This document shows positions 62,063-64,000 of a stretch of 64,000 bases of DNA, piece after piece (the stretch's first letter is position 1; every line of letters starts with the position of its first letter). A program made the translations under genes and the position numbers. The stretch is from NCBI RefSeq assembly GCF_036971445.1, contig NC_091480.1, positions 62,372,001 to 62,436,000 of the forward strand, written 5' to 3'. The notes beneath the pieces were generated by a model. It did no database searches. It was not told the origin of the DNA and saw nothing but the letters and a program-made list of their open reading frames with translations. This DNA comes from Narcine bancroftii (lineage: Eukaryota).

Positions 62063-62223
62063 CTGTGATATCATAGACTTTGCCATCCATCATCGCAAAG
62101 TAAGTGATTTTCAATCCCAGCATTTTTGATTCTGCCCAAAAGTCTCCATCCTCGACAGCATGTCTCTTGTTACACTTAGCACAATATCGAGCTGCCCGAG
62201 GGTCTCGATCCATTTCAAATCTC
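62063..62223 (-). CDS. DNAJC14: DNAJC14 internal exon (Jiv90 zinc-binding region)
   Basis: Acceptor tttgcag; [53 protein letters not shown]; donor gtatt; 161 nt. Upstream exons lie beyond the window. Confidence 0.95.
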
Positions 62224-62949
62224 CTGCAAATAACATTTGAACTTAATTGCGACACACAGGTAGATAAGGAAATGAAGTTCCAGAAAAGACTTGACATAGG
62301 ATGTCACAGGGGCCCTGTGGTTAGTAAGGGATTACTTAAGGTGGCATGTGTGGAAAAAAAGGTTGAGAGCCACTGCCCTAAACCTATCCTATCCATGGAT
62401 CTGTCCACATGCTTTTTTTTGAACGTAAACACTGCGATAGTACCTGCCTCAACCACCTCCTCTAGCAGCTTGTTTCATACACCCATCACTCTCTGTGTTT
62501 TAAAAAAAAGTGTCCTCTTAAATCTCTCGCTCCACCCAAAATCCAAGTCTTCTGAACATAGATTACAGCCCACGATGTTGTATATACCTACCAAATAAAA
62601 ACTAAACACGCCCTATCTCATAACCCTCTATTTTTCTTGCATTTATGTGCTTGTCTAAGAGTCTCCTAAATGCTCTACCAGCCTCCATCACCACCCCTGG
62701 CAATGCATTCCAGGCATCCACAACTGCACGTTAAAACAAAACTTACCCCTGATGTCTCCCGAAAACTTTCCCCCCCTCACTTTGTACAGATGCCCTCTAG
62801 TGTTTGCTACTCCCACCCTGGGGAAAAGGTGCTGGCTGTCCACCCTATTTATGCCTCTCAGAATCTTGTAGACCTCCATTAAGTCACCTCAGATTCACCT
62901 ACTCTGGACAAAGGACTCTCTGCATGCACCCAATCTATTCCTGTCATGA

Positions 62950-63840
62950 TCAAAATAGGTGGTAAAGCTGGTAGTGCTTAGGGCACGGAAAGGCTGCAGA
63001 GAGACTTGGATAGATTAGGAGAACGGGCAAAGAAATGGCAGATGAAATACAATGTTGGAAAAGGTACAGTCACGCACTTTGGTAGAAGAAACAGACGGGC
63101 AGACTATTATTTAGATGGGGAGAAAATTCAAAATTCAGAGGGATTTGGGGGTCCTCGGGCTGAATACCCTGAAGGTTAACCTCCAGGTTGAATTGGCAGT
63201 GAAGAAAGCGAATGCAATGTTGGCATTCATTTCTAGAGGAATAGCATAGTAGACCAGGGATGTAATGTTGAGACTCTATAGGGCGTTGGCGAGACCTCAC
63301 TTGGAAAACTGTGTACAGTTTTGGGCACCTTATTTGAGAAAGCGGGTGCTGGCGTTGGAGAGGGTTCAGAGAAGATTTACTAGAATGATACCAGGAATGA
63401 AAGGGTTAGCATATGAGGAATGTTTGTCGGCTCTTGGGCTGTACTTGTTGGGACTACAGAAGAACGAGGGGGGAACCTCATAAAGACATTTTGAATATTG
63501 AAAGGCCTGGTTAGAGTAGTTGTGACAAAGTTGTTTCCCATGGTAGCTGAGTCTAGGACAAGAGGCCACAATTTCAAGATAAAAGAGCATCAATTTAAAA
63601 CAGAAATGTGGAGAATTTTCTTTAGCCAGAGGGCTGTGAGTCTGTGGAACTTGTTGCCACAGATGGCAGCGGGAGTGGTCTTTGGGTGTATTTAAGACAG
63701 AAATTTACAGTTATTTGATTAGTCAGGGCATCAAGGGTTTTGGGGAGAAGTCCGGGGAGTGGACCTGAGCGATAAGGATCAGCTCATGATTAAATGGCAG
63801 AGCAGACCTGACAGGCTGATTGGTCTACTTCTGCTCTTGT
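62950..63840 (+). mobile_element. CR1 3' fragment
   Basis: LYRALARPHLENCVQFWAPYLRK..LERVQRRFTRMIPG..FFSQRAVSLWNLLP. Confidence 0.88.
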
Positions 63841-64000
63841 GATTTTCTACACCTCGATGAGATCACCCCTCATCCACCTGGGCTCCAAGGAATAAAGCCC
63901 CAGCCAGCTCAACCTCTCCTGGCAGCTCAGGTCCCTGAATACTGGCAACATCCTCATCAATCTTCTCTGCACCCTTTCCAGCTGGACAACATTTTTTCTG

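Noticed and set aside
62063-62223. Pestivirus Jiv90-like viral insertion
   Set aside because: It is the host DNAJC14 exon with canonical splice sites, in phase with downstream exons.

Overview
This is vertebrate nuclear DNA, most likely from a cartilaginous fish (ray or shark), judging by its CR1, V-SINE, Deu-SINE and Penelope repeat families. All calls were made by eye from memory of these families, with no database search, and repeat boundaries are approximate. Three host genes are visible. (1) Coding exon 1 and the proximal promoter of a GDF11/myostatin-subfamily TGF-beta gene lie on the minus strand (6597-6993); protein motifs and neighbours favour GDF11. (2) A complete ORMDL2 lies on the plus strand, with three coding exons giving 153 aa and a likely non-coding exon 1 near 34.8 kb. 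(3) The last three coding exons of DNAJC14 lie on the minus strand. This is the GDF11-ORMDL2-DNAJC14 neighbourhood of human 12q13, but GDF11 is inverted and no SARNP exon was recognised between the genes. Most remaining sequence is decayed, often nested transposable elements: CR1, Rex1/Babar, L1, Tx1, a Gypsy pol remnant, Penelope fragments, SINEs and hAT/Harbinger MITEs. The most notable observations are a myostatin-type TATA/CRE/CCAAT/Meis promoter on the GDF11-like gene, a ~90-bp module duplicated on both sides of GDF11 exon 1, an old 38-bp tandem array in GDF11 intron 1, dispersed minimal hammerhead-ribozyme-like motifs with a shared UUGAUGA core, a long hairpin upstream of GDF11, a tandemly duplicated ORMDL2 promoter module and an orphan MGC-starting ORF. 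I cannot demonstrate a new multi-gene system; these findings are leads.
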